From Mobula hypostoma (lineage: Eukaryota): a DNA stretch of 64,000 bases. Under the pieces are notes generated by a model. The model saw only the letters and a program-made list of their open reading frames with translations, did no database searches and was not told where the DNA came from. Both the position numbers and the translations under genes were made by a program. The stretch spans positions 55,554,001-55,618,000 of the forward strand of contig NC_086097.1 of the NCBI RefSeq assembly GCF_963921235.1. Reading direction: 5' to 3'. This document shows positions 51,478 through 63,349 of the stretch, one piece after another (within the stretch, counting starts at the first letter, position 1; each line of letters begins with the position of its first letter).

Positions 51478-51715
51478 AACCCTTTCACTGAATGGCAGTC
51501 CCCAACAAAATGTGGAAAGTCAAAATCACCCAGGATCATAATCTTAAAGTACGATTCTTGCGATAGTCTGGGATCTTTCTACAAATTTGTTGTTCTAAAT
51601 CCTGCTGACTGTTGGGTGGTCTGTTATATAATCCTATTAACATGGTCATCCTCTTCCTATTCCACAGTTCCACCCATCTATAGATGAGCTTTCCAGTCTG
51701 TCCTGTCTCAGTACA

Positions 51716-53080
51716 TATCCTAGGTATATTCAAGGAAGCTGTGGAAATAAATAAAAGAAATTGCCAGGACGTCACAGAAAAGTTTGTATTTTCCTTAGTC
51801 TTGGATTAAGTATTGGAAGACTGGAGAGAGACTAATGGTGTGATTTCATTTAAGGGCTGCAAAAACAAGTGAGGGAACTATAGGCTAATGATCCTGATGC
51901 CAATGGTGGGAAAGTTACTAGGGAGGATTCTAAGAGAAAGAATCTATCTGCATTTGAAAAGGCAAGGACTGATCAGGGATAAGCAAGACTTTGTGCTTGA
52001 GAAATCATTTCTCATGAAAGTGATAGATTTTGGAGGAGGTGACCAAGGTATTGGAAGAGGGTGTGGTGGTAGATGTAGACTACATGAACTTTCATGAAGC
52101 TTTTGACAAACACTGGCATGGTATTATGTTCCATGGGGTCCAGGGTGAGCTCGCCAATTGGGTACAAAATTAGCTTGGTGGAAATTAGCAGGAGATGGTA
52201 GGGGAGGGTTGTTTTTCTTATTGAACCAATGATACGTAGCTTGGATCCACAGTTATCTGCCATATATATTACATAGATGGATGAGAATATAAATGACATT
52301 TTTTGAAGTTTGTGGATGACATAAAAAGTTGTGTTCTGATGGGTAATGAAGAGGATCGAAGGTTACAACAGTATGTAGATCAGTTGGGAAAGTTGGTCGG
52401 GGAATGGGTGATGAATTTAACTCAGATAAGTGCAAAATGATGTGCTATAGGAAGTCGATTCAGGGTAGGTCACAGACATTGAATGGCAGGGCCCTGTAGA
52501 ATAGAGAAATATTGGGTAAAAAATATATAGATCCCTGGAAGTGTCAAAACATGCAAAATAAAGTGGAAAAAAGACAATGTTTGGCATGCTTGCCTTCATA
52601 GGGCACTAAATAAAAGAGTTGGGATGTCATGCTACAGGTCCACAAGACATTGGTGAAATTGCACTTGGAATATTGTGTATCATTCTGCCCACCATGTTAA
52701 GCTAGAAATGGTGCAGAAAAGACTCACATAGATGCTGCCAGGACTGGAAATCTTGAATTATATGGAGAGGCCAGATAACTGGGGCTGCTTTCCCTGGAGG
52801 GTGACCATACAGAAATTTATAAAATCATGAGGGACTTAAAAAGGACCAGAAAGTCAAGTATTTTCCGACGGAGAGTGGTTGTTACGTGGATGAAATCCCA
52901 GAGGAAGTGGTAGAGTCAGGTACGATTACAACATGCAAAAAACGTTTAGATACTGTAGATAAGAAAAGCTGAGAGGGATATGAGCAGGCAAAAGGGGCTA
53001 ACTCAGGAAGGAACTTTTGTCAGCGTGCATGAGTTAGGCTGAAGACCACATTTCTGTTTTGTATAATGCTGTCTCCATGA
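51716..53080 (+). mobile_element. Degenerate CR1 LINE (RT to 3' tail)
   Basis: EDWRETN, NYRL, VGKLLGRILRERIYLHLKRQGLIRDKQ, KAFDK, KFVDD, HLEYCV. CR1-type tail. Confidence 0.75.
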
Positions 53081-54519
53081 TTCTAATTAAATTTTTGAAA
53101 TGTCATCATGTTTATATTCATATTTAAGATGTTATGCATTCCAAAATTCAGTTGGGTATTTCTTGTCAGCCTTGTGCATTAATAATAAAACACTTCGTTT
53201 GTAGAATTAAATCGTTGAATCAATCTATTTGAACTGTTTTAAATGGTTCAATTTGTATTCAGTTTAGGGTATTTTGAAAGTTGACAACTATGGTTTGGAT
53301 TCGTTGGATTGGTAAATGAGAAAATAGATCATGTTCTGCTTTTGAATTTGAATGATTGCATTGCACTTGCAATTGTTGGGAAGAGTATCATTTTTCTAAT
53401 CTGTCCAGGTATATTTATTAAATTGAACTGATGTGATCCAATGTAACGGCAGAGTGGTTCTATGAAACCTCATGTGGAGATGATAACTAAGTTACTGATT
53501 AATGATGAGTGCAGGTGAAGTATTTTAGGTTATCACAGAAAAACATGGAGAAACTGACTTCTTCTTTCGCTGATTATTACCTGGAAAGATGTTAATGTCA
53601 GGATTGTACAGATAAGAAATGATAAATAATGTTTGAAAATGCCCATCTGGTTAATTAAATGAAAATTTACTTGTATTTCAAGCTTTTATTATCATGGGTT
53701 GGGCAATGGTGTAAAACAGATGTGTATTAATCAGCAAATTTGATTCGACAGTAATTCCTGCAGGTCAACAATTTACCAACCCAATCATTGCCTGAGCCCT
53801 GAAATATACAAGCAAGGGCTGCTGCAAACAACAAGATGCAGATTTATTTAATTGCAAGCATAGTAAAGAATCATATTCAGAAAAGATGCCATTCGTTCTA
53901 AAGAAGTTATGAAATTCATGATTAGCAATTACATTTGCAGTTTTAATTTATGGTTCATTTAATGTATTGCAGAGAGATGTTTGAACTAGTTTTCTGATTT
54001 ATTATGTAGTGAAGTAGGCTCTTTTGTACAAACTTGGTTGCAGTCATCCATCACTCAACAGCTGTATCTAAGCACATATTTTATCATTGACTTATGAGTC
54101 GGAGAAGACCTTTCTGACAGGTGGAACTGACGTGGTCATTTATTTCAATGATTCCAATATCAAAACTGTCTGAAATTCAACATAGGTTTTATTCCAGTTT
54201 ACCATACACCATCTTTGTAGGTATATTATGTTGATGGCAGCTTTTTCCTACTTGTGTGTGTCTTGAATCTGTCTTAAACTTCTTAGTTTAATTTTTGAAA
54301 TTTATTTTGGAGAATGATTGAAAACAGCTGGCTAGATATCATAACTGAGGGGAGGGTGGGGCTGAGAAGGGGTTGAATTAATTTTTTCAGGATTAACACT
54401 GGGAAATCAAATCTGAGGAAAATAGAAAGCTACTCAGCCCCCCAAACCACTACACTCCTGCCCATTCTCCTCCTTTAGAAAATGCAAGAAATAATCCCAG
54501 TTCTTGGCTGAATGACATT

Positions 54520-54950
54520 GAAGTTTTGAATGATATAGCACAGGAGGAGGCTCGCATTTCATCTGCTGTGGCTGAGCAATGTGTCAGATTCTCCTCCCTA
54601 TTCTTTCCCCACAGCCTTGTTATTTTTTCTTGATATATTTATCTGATCTGTATTTGAAACCTACTGTTGAATCTACTTCCACCCTTTCACGCAGTGGATT
54701 GCGACCATTTTTAAAAATACTGCTTAAATTTGCCAGTTTAGCATTGTCTTTAAGTCTGCTTCCTCTGCTTATCAACCCTTCTGTAAAACCTTTTATCAAA
54801 TCTCCTCTTAAACCTCTCTGTTCTAATGAGAACAATTCAAATTCTTGAGTTTCATCACATAACTGAAGTCCTTTTAAGTTATATCTGTTTCTCAACCTTT
54901 TGCTATGGTACTGATATTATGAAGTGTAGTGCCCTGTAGTGAACACAATT
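54520..54950 (-). mobile_element. Very degenerate CR1 3' end
   Basis: Minus-strand ELFSLEQRGLRGDLIKGF...VEVDSTVGFKYRSDKYI. Confidence 0.6.
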
Positions 54951-55364
54951 CAACATTTGTTTGGGTACAATTGGCAATTCTGGTGCAAGCTGATCCAGAA
55001 AGTAATATGTTAACCCCGTTGAGACCTACTTTGTTTGTCAAAAGTCAAATCTGCCATCAGCAGTTTATCACTTTTATTGTCATAAAGAAATTGTAATATA
55101 TTTTAAAATTATAACTTGGCAGTTTGATGAATACTGACTTAAGTAGGTTTAAATTGTTGTGAATGTTAAAAAATTCAATATGGTATCTAGGAGTGACCAA
55201 ATTATAAATGATGAAAATTATGTTAAAAATATACAAAATAGTATACATTTTATTTTGCCGATAACTTGGGGAAATTTCACTCTGGATTTTTCAAATGTAT
55301 CCTTGCATTCCAAATGAAGCTTAGTTTTTAACACCCCTACAAAGATTCGCACATGTGATGCACA

Positions 55365-55876
55365 TGCATTGGAGAGGGTCCAGAAGAGGTTCACAAGAAC
55401 GATTCTGGGAATGAAAGGATTGACATATGAGGAGTATCTAATGGCCTAGGCCCCGTCCTCACTGGTGTTTAGAAGAATGAGGGAGCTTTTCACTGAAACC
55501 TATCGAATATTGAAAAGCCTAGATAGGGTGGATGTGGAGAGGATGTTTCTCATAGTGAGTAAGTCTAGGACCAGAGGGCAAAACCTCAGAATAGAGGGAC
55601 TTCCATTTATTTCGAAAAGAGATGAGAAGGAATTCCTTTAGTCAGATCTAGGTGAATCTGTGGAATTCATTGTCCACAAACAACTGTGGAGGCCAAGTCA
55701 TTGAGTATGTTTAAAACGGAGGTTGATATGTTCTTGAATAGTCAGGGCATCAAAGGTTGTAGGAAGAAGGCAGGAGACTGGGTTGAGAGGGATAATAAAT
55801 CAGCTATGATGGAATGGTGGAGCAGACTCGATGGGCCGAGTGGCCTTATTCTGCTCCTATGTCTTATGGCCTTATA
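55365..55876 (+). mobile_element. CR1 3' end
   Basis: ALERVQKRFTRTILGMKGLTYEE. tctaggaccagagggca. Tail attctgctcctatgtcttatggcctta. Confidence 0.85.
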
Positions 55877-56514
55877 CTTAAACCAATTTGATAGAATGTC
55901 ACAATGATAATGAATTCACCCTAGGTGTGTCACTCATTGTGATGTATTAAATGAACATTGAAGGAAGTAACCAACTCTGTAAAATGATGGTACAGGTCTA
56001 GAGTTTGCATATTAACTCTTTTAAACATTAACGTGTGTAAATGGGCCATGGCTCCTTCATTTAAAGGTAAGTAAAAGGTCTAACTTGCAAAATGCAGAGG
56101 GAAAATCAGAATTACCAAGCTTTACTTTCCACTCAGGAAATTCTTTCAGTTGACCTGTAAGTAAAACTGCCTAGTCAAAAAACTATTCAAGAACAGCTAT
56201 ATGGAGGAAAGCTTGTCAAATTGAACCAAATGGAAATTGGGATGCTGAGTCAGTGGATGGAAATAAGTGAACAGATCCAAGAATCTGCATTCAGGGATAT
56301 ATTTAGTATTTCCTATATTATTAACTTCAGATCATCTGATGAAGCAGCTGGGCTCACTAAAAATAGTTTCAGACTGGCAGAATATTTTCTATTTTCTAGT
56401 ACTGCTTACACCATTGGGAGCAAGGGGCTAGAATATACTATTAATATGATTGACACTAGTGGTGCTTAAAATTACTTGTCCATGAATGATACAATATTTA
56501 CTGGCTAATACTGG

Positions 56515-56515
<1 letters not shown>

Positions 56516-56548
<33 letters not shown>
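56516..56548. repeat. (TG)16 microsatellite
   Basis: Uninterrupted TG run. Confidence 0.97.
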
Positions 56549-56551
<3 letters not shown>

Positions 56552-58080
56552 GCTGGGGGTTTACCAAAATACAGAGACACACTTTCTGTCTCATCGTTGG
56601 AATGCACTGAATGCTGGAAAGCCATTGAATTTGCATAATGGATGTTAAATAAGTCTATTACATATTTAATTGGTTAAGTGTGTAATGCTGGTTTCCACTA
56701 ATCTGTGGTGCTGAATAATATTAAGCAAGATTTGTGGAGTCCCATTCCTTGATTGACAACACGTGCACAATGTTCTACTCTGCATATGGGCCTTGAATAC
56801 TGAAGCAAGTCCTTCTTGGAGGGTTGACTATATTTGGGTCATTGCTGGTGTTGACATATCCATTTTACTACTTGTAGTTTATTCACTAATCTTTCATTGT
56901 TTGCAATTGTCTTTCCCTACCATGTTCTCAGCACTCCCAGATCAGGTGCATGGCCCTAACATCTCCCTGGTCTGCACTGATTATTTGCCTTTTCTTCACC
57001 CCCCCCCCGCCCCCTCCTAATCATTTTCTCAATTACTGCTGGAAACCTTGCAAACCATCTCCTTGCTTCCCTTCCAAGCTGATTGACTCCTGTACCAAAT
57101 CACATTCTTGGCTCAATCTCCACAGAACATGTAATTTTATATCCAGAAAAATATTTAGGCCATTATTTCCTTCTCTGATATAAATTGCAATAGTAATGAA
57201 TAACTTGCGAAAATAAACTGAACAAATTAGATATTCCTTAAATATTTAAGTATGTAAGATTTTTACAGACCATCAAAATAGAAAGTACCATTAATTTCTT
57301 TAAAAGAGCAATATTTTATTCAGAGTAACATTCTAGGCCAAAGACTTGTCATCTTTCTGTGTCATGTGAAAAGTCCTGAGCTTGAAAGCCTGCAGCAATG
57401 CAATGTACAGTATGATGTCTTTGCTATACAACATCCTCTGCTGTCGTCTAAATTTAGCACATCCTCATTCATCTAACGGTGATCATGGCAAGAGTTTTAC
57501 CAGATATGATGTGACATGAACAAACACACTGAGCAGGATGTAAAAGAAATATCATTTATCATTGATGCTTTAGAAGATGGCTGAAGATCTCTCACCTAAT
57601 TTTAGAGGAGCGCAGGAAAATCAGACGACTGATCTTGAAAGAGAGGTTAGTGGCAGAAATTATTATTATAGTGAAGGATGAGGCAAAAGAGGCAATTGAA
57701 CAAGAATTTTAAAGTTAAAATGGACTAGATGGGCCGAATGGCCTGCTTCTATGCTGTACCTTTCTAAAATGATGTGCTGTTATAGAGAATCATTTATAAT
57801 TGACAAGGATCAGTATAGTTCAGGAAAGGATGTGGACATCCTGAAATTTGGATGAAGCTGACTTGTATAGCTGGGAGCCCAGGAGATCAGCAAGCAAAGC
57901 TCTGAAAAAGCTGGAAATAAAAGAAAGTAACAAAGTAGTTTGGAGGATATAAATTAATGTTGACATGGAAAATCTTTTATAATCAGAAGTGGAATATGTT
58001 ATCAACAATGTTAGGGGTGGAGCTTGTCACAGAGCTGATAATGAAGGCATACAGAAAGTGGTTGTGGGAGTTCAGATATA

Positions 58081-58693
58081 TGAGGGTGATTGATAAGTTC
58101 ATGGCCTGAGGTAGAAGGAGTCAATTTTAGAAAACCTAGCACATTTATTTTTCCTATGTTTACACACTTAGTCCAGCGGTCGTGGAGCATATGGATCCCT
58201 TCTTTGTAGAAGTCGGCGTCTTGGACCTCCAGAAAGTGGTCCACAGCAGGGGTGATTGATAAGTTTGTGGCCTAAGGTAGAAGGAGATGAGTTATTAACT
58301 TCAAACTTTCTGTATTTTCATTCAAAGGGTTGAACTACACGTGCATGTAACAAGAGCTGTATAACATATCCTTCTACCTTCAGCCACAAACTTATCAATC
58401 ACCCCTGCTGTGGACCACCTGGAGGTCCAAGACGCTCATGTTACATGCACGTGCAGTTCAACTCTTTGAGTGATAATGCAGAAAGTTTGAAGTTAATAAC
58501 TCATCTCCTTCTACCTTAGGCCACAAAGTTATCAATCACCCCTGCTGTGGACCACTTCTACAAAGCAGGGATCCGTATGCTCTACGACTGCTGGACTAAC
58601 ATGTAGGAGGGGACTATGTTGAAAAAAAATGTGCTAGGTTTTCTAAAATTGACTCCTTCTTCCTTAGGCCACAAACTTATCAATCAGCCCTCG
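58081..58693. mobile_element. Mariner-derived palindromic MITE with nested TIR copies, TA TSD
   Basis: ta|tgagggtgattgataagtt... and ...aacttatcaatcagccctcg|ta. Internal TIR copies near 58249, 58370-58405 and 58507-58542. Minus ORF FLEVQDADFYKEGIHMLHDRWTKCV is a mariner transposase C-terminus. Confidence 0.88.
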
Positions 58694-58974
58694 TAGTAGC
58701 TGGCAACATCAATCAAACACTATGTTGACGGCCATTGTTCATTTGCACTGTGTAGATATTAGCACTGAAATCAGACATCTTGGCAGCTAAAATTCCCTCT
58801 CTATATGAGACTGGTCAAATTTTTGGATTAATAGTCCATAATTATATTGTAGGTGTATTAATTGTGATATATATGATTTTTTTCTAAGTTGCTAAATAAA
58901 ACAAAAGGATGTAAGCACTTTCTTTCATTAGAGAAACAAGGAATTTAAATCCTATTTAGAATTGTTTTTCTTGT

Positions 58975-59285
58975 ATTTCTGTTCCCCACTCTGCCCTCTT
59001 ACCTCTTCTCTGCACTTGCCGATTACCTCCCCTGGTGACCCTCCTCCTTCCCTTTCTCTCCTCTCCCCTCCTATCAGATTTCTTCTTCTCCAGCCCATTA
59101 CCTTTCCCATCCACCTAGCTTCACCTATCATCTTCTATCTATCCTTCTTCCCCTCTGCTCACCTTTTTATTCTGACATCTTCCTCTTCCTTTCCAGTCCT
59201 GATGAAGGGTGACGACCTAAAACATCGACTGTTTACTCATTTCCATAGATGCTGCCTGACCTGCTGAGTCCCTCCAGCAATTTTC
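58975..59285 (+). mobile_element. PLE 3'UTR/terminal repeat with decayed HHR (59194-59231)
   Basis: cagtc-ctgatga-a-gggtgacgacct-aaaa-catc-gactg, then ttccatagatgctgcctgacctgctgagtccctccagca. Confidence 0.75.
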
Positions 59286-60079
59286 TTGTACTATAGTTTC
59301 AATGGTAGAAATGTTACTTTTGTATGTATTTTAACCTTAAAGGGCCATGTCTGAAACCTGAATGGACTTGTGTTTTCTGGATATTATTCAAATAGATTGA
59401 GGAAGAGTGTTAGTGAATCACATCAGCAATCATCTTTTCTAGGCCAGAGGAGAAAATGGAACTATTTACTCATGCTCACTGCACCTGTTAGATAGAATGT
59501 GAGCTTCACCTGGATGAAAGATATATGGAACTAAATATCCTTTCCAAATGGTGACCATGTATTTTAGTTAATCAAAACAAATTGATTTTAAGGTGTAAGG
59601 TGGTGCTGCTTTCATGCTTCACTTGATATATGAGCTTAACTTCAGATAAGATGAAGTCACCTACTCCAACGAGACAAAGGAATGTCATTTAGATAGCAGT
59701 GTTTTCTCCCTATTGCATCATTGTGATATGTTTGTGGACAAGTATGTAAATGAGTTGTGTATCCATGTGATGTAATAGTGTAATGTCATGTATGAGGTAG
59801 ACACAGGTGGTAGTTTGTTATTTGTCTTCAATATAAAGTTAGAACATGTTCTGAAGATCCTGGAGACTCCTAGAATTTACTTAATGCAGCATTTTGCAGC
59901 TTTGCAATTGTAGCATGGTGTCAGCCTCCATTTACACCACAATTGCCAAAGGGATTTGGATATGGGGACATGGGGGGGGGGGGAAGATAAGATATGTTTT
60001 GAAAAAAATTCTTGAACATACCAACTGTAGATTGGTAAATCACAGAACTCAACAAAGAAGCTGAAAATGAAGATCGATA

Positions 60080-60190
60080 AACTGCTGGCACTGGAACTCA
60101 GAAATAAAAACAGAAAATATGGGAAGTACTCAATGGGTTAGGCAGTATCTATGGAGGGAGAAACAGACTTAACGTTTCAGGTCAATGAAC
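60080..60190 (-). mobile_element. Older HHR-bearing terminal element, split inside the ribozyme by the PLE at 60191-61740 (remainder 61758-61770)
   Basis: Rejoined minus strand reads aatt-CTGATGA-acgttcattgacct-GAAA-cgtt-aagtctgtttctccctccatagatactgcctaacccattgagtacttccc...ttttctgtttttatttc. Confidence 0.7.
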
Positions 60191-61740
60191 ATACTCAAAG
60201 TTCTGGAGGAACTTAGCAGGCCAGGCTGCATCTATGGAAAAAAGTACAGTCGAAGTTTTGGGCTGAGACTCTTCGGCAGGACTGGAGGAAAAAAGCTGAG
60301 GAGTAGATTTGAAAGGTTGGGGGAAGGGAGAGAGAAAAACACCAGGTGATAGGTGAAACTTGGAGGGGGAGGGATGAAGCAAAGAGCCAGAAAGTTAATT
60401 GGTGAAAGAGACAGAGGCCATGGAAGAAAGAAAAAAGGTGAGAAGGGGAGGAGCACTAGAGGGAGGCGATGGGCGGGCAAGGAGATAACGTGAGAGGGAA
60501 AGGGGATGGGAACTGGTGAGGGGGGGCATTCCTGGAAATTTGAGAAATCGATGTTCATGCCATCAGGCTGGAGGCTACCCAAATGGAATATAGGGTGTTG
60601 TTCCTCCAATCTAAGTGTGGCCTTATCCCAACAGTGGAGGAGGCCATGGAAGGACATATCAGAATGGGAATGGGAAGTGGATTCAAAATGGGTGGCCACG
60701 GGGAGATCCTGCTTGTTCTGGCGGATGGAGCGTAGATACTCAGTGAAGTGGTCTCCCAATCTATAAGAGGCCACACCGGGAGCACTGAATACAATATATG
60801 GCCCCAACCTGGAATCGCCTCACCTGGAATCACTGCCTGGGGTCCTGAATGGTAGTGAGGGAGGAGCTGTAAGGGCAAGTGTAGCATTCTGCTTGCAAGA
60901 ATAAGTGCTAGGAGGGAGATCAGTGGGGAGGGACGAATGGACAAGGGAGTCATGTAGGGAGCGACCCCTGTGGAAAACAAAAAGTTGGTGGGGAGAGGGA
61001 AAGCTGTTTAGTGATAGGATCCAGTTGGAGGTGGTGGAGTGTTCAGAGGATTATGTGTTGGGCGCGGAGGCTGGTGGGGTGGTAGGTGAGGACAAGAGGA
61101 ACCCTATCCCTGGTAGGGTGTGGGAGGATGGGGTGAGAACAGACGTGCGTGAGCAGGGGAACATCTATGCTCCGTCCGCTAGAGCAAGCGGGATCTCCCA
61201 GTGGCCACCCATTTTGATTCCACTTCCCATTCCCATTGCGACATGTCCATCCACGGCCTCCTCCACTGTCGGGATAAGGCCACACTTAGACTGGAGGAAC
61301 AACACCCTATATTCCATTTGGGTATCTTCCAACCAGATGCTATGAAAATCAATTTTGCAAACGTCCAGTAATGCCCCCTTCACCACTTCCCATCCCCTTG
61401 TCCCTCTCTCATGTTATCTCCTTGCCCACCTATCGCCTCCTTCTGGTGCTCCTCCCCCTCCCTTTTTTCTTCCCTGCCCTTCTGTCTCTTTCACCAATCA
61501 ACTTCCTAGCTCTTTGCTTCATCCCTCCCCCTCCAGGTTTCACCTATCACCTGGTGTTTCTCTACCCCCCTCCCGCCACCTTTCAAATCTACTCCTCAGC
61601 GTTTTTTCTCCAGTCCTGCTGAAGGGTTTCGGCCCGGAACGTTGACTGTACTTTTTTCCATAGATGCTGCCTGGCCTGCTGAGTTCCTCCAGCATTTTGT
61701 GTGTGTTGCTTGGATTTCCAGCATCTGCAGGTTTTCCCTT
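60191..61740. mobile_element. PLE with inverted architecture (minus arm 60191-~61150, plus arm ~61160-61740), an HHR in each arm, 17-bp TSD
   Basis: GIY-YIG C-terminus in both orientations. HHR motifs at 60247-60284 (-) and 61611-61648 (+). TSD gtttcaggtcaatgaac at 60174-60190 and 61741-61757. Confidence 0.92.
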
Positions 61741-63349
61741 GTTTCAGGTCAATGAACGTTCATCAGAATTTTCCTTGTGAATTTGTTTCTCTTCACTCAG
61801 GAAGCTGAGAACCCGGCAGCCAAGAATGAGGAAATGGCCGGAATGTCAGTAATCTCACTATGTATTGTTACCCAGTGAGTCGGTGATCCTGTGATTAGCA
61901 CTGAGGCAACAACAATTAAAAAGCAGCATTCATTAGCAGCATTGTGAGAGTCAGGGCAATGCTGGTAACTGGAGAAGGAAGAGGAGAATTTAACAATGAA
62001 GAATTGAACATAGTGCTGAGAAGCACCCCTGCTTAAAAGGAAATGAGACAAGGTATCTATCATCTCAAGAACAGACAGGCAGCCTAGAAAGTACAACCGA
62101 GCATTTCTCAGCATATATTCAGAGAAAAGATGTTCTTTAATGTTAGTAATATTTTGGAAGTGGAGCATAATATTGAACTGTACAGGCATGGAATGTTTTA
62201 AGAGTGTGTAAGAAGGATATTCTATTAATGAAAGTTGACCCTAAGATTTATGATATGTTTACTAATCTTGCAGCTCCCTAGAAATCTGCTTTAAGAATGT
62301 GTAAGAAGGTTATTCAATCAGTGGTGTTTGTCACTGAGATTTATTGCATTCCTCCTTATTTTCCCTGGAAAGCCAAAGGTGTTTACTTCACTGAAGTAGT
62401 GCAGGGAATAGAGATTTATTTCAATCCACAGCCTCTTCAAATAGTAGAAAGGGACAAGTGTGGCTTGAAGAATCAAAGGGTCAGCATAACAGTCTATGTG
62501 GCTCAAAGTGTTGAACATTCAGAATCTAGCTTGCAAAACTGGCATTTAGAAGTGGCAAGCCTTTTCATTCGTCACCAAATACAAATATGACTGAAGTTTA
62601 AAGTCAGAGAGCAATAGTGTTTGTTTGATTTCCAAACCAAAGGCAGCATCTCTGGGTACAAATCACATTAATTCTCATCACAGTTGGAATGGCAATTCAT
62701 CTGTTCTTTCAAGAGAAGGGGCATAGAGAGATGGTATGTAAATACAAATTTCAGAGTTGCTAAGCAAAACAAGTGGAATTGCTTCTTGTTTGAAAGGACG
62801 GAAAAGTGTGAGAATGCATAACATTGAAGTAAATTCAGACAGCCCTAACATAGCAGTCATGACACCAGTGAGAATGGTTGGATGCAACAAGATTTCAAAA
62901 TGAAGCTTTTTATAAATAACTGGTCAGTAGCGTAATTATAGATATAGCAGCAGGTATCTCTATTATGGGAAGAGCCACGGACTGAATATAGATGCATCAG
63001 CAGCTTTCTCGAAGGTGGAAGTGATACCAGCCAAAGGAAGTTCAGCCATCTGGCTTCAACAAAAATACATAATTCCAAGACATACTCAGGAGAAGCAGTG
63101 AAGGTACTATGTTTAAAAAGAAATGATTCTGTGGGTGACTTCAGCGCCAGGTAGGAAGGAACGTAAACTTCTGGCGAGGCATCATTGGGAATAGGGAAAG
63201 CATCCAATGGCCCTTCTCTTTACTGAAGAAGTCATTGCTAGAGGTCTCTATAACTGTCTCCTTCCACTGGCTAAAAATCTGTTCTTCATCGTGCATTGGT
63301 TTAAAAGCACAGTGGATATGATTTTCCTTGCGTCATTTCCGAGAATAGT

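Noticed and set aside
56040..56075. Strong splice-donor-like AGgtaagt suggesting a host exon
   Set aside because: I found no convincing upstream acceptor or recognisable coding frame, and the motif is expected by chance in 64 kb.
58081..58693. Repeated ~35-bp units with spacers, superficially CRISPR-like
   Set aside because: The units occur in both orientations, match mariner TIRs with a TA TSD and transposase remnants, and there are no cas genes in this eukaryotic context.
61800..63300. ORFs of 66-130 aa in apparently non-repetitive sequence
   Set aside because: No recognisable domain or consistent frame. It may be an ancient decayed TE, which I cannot support without a search.
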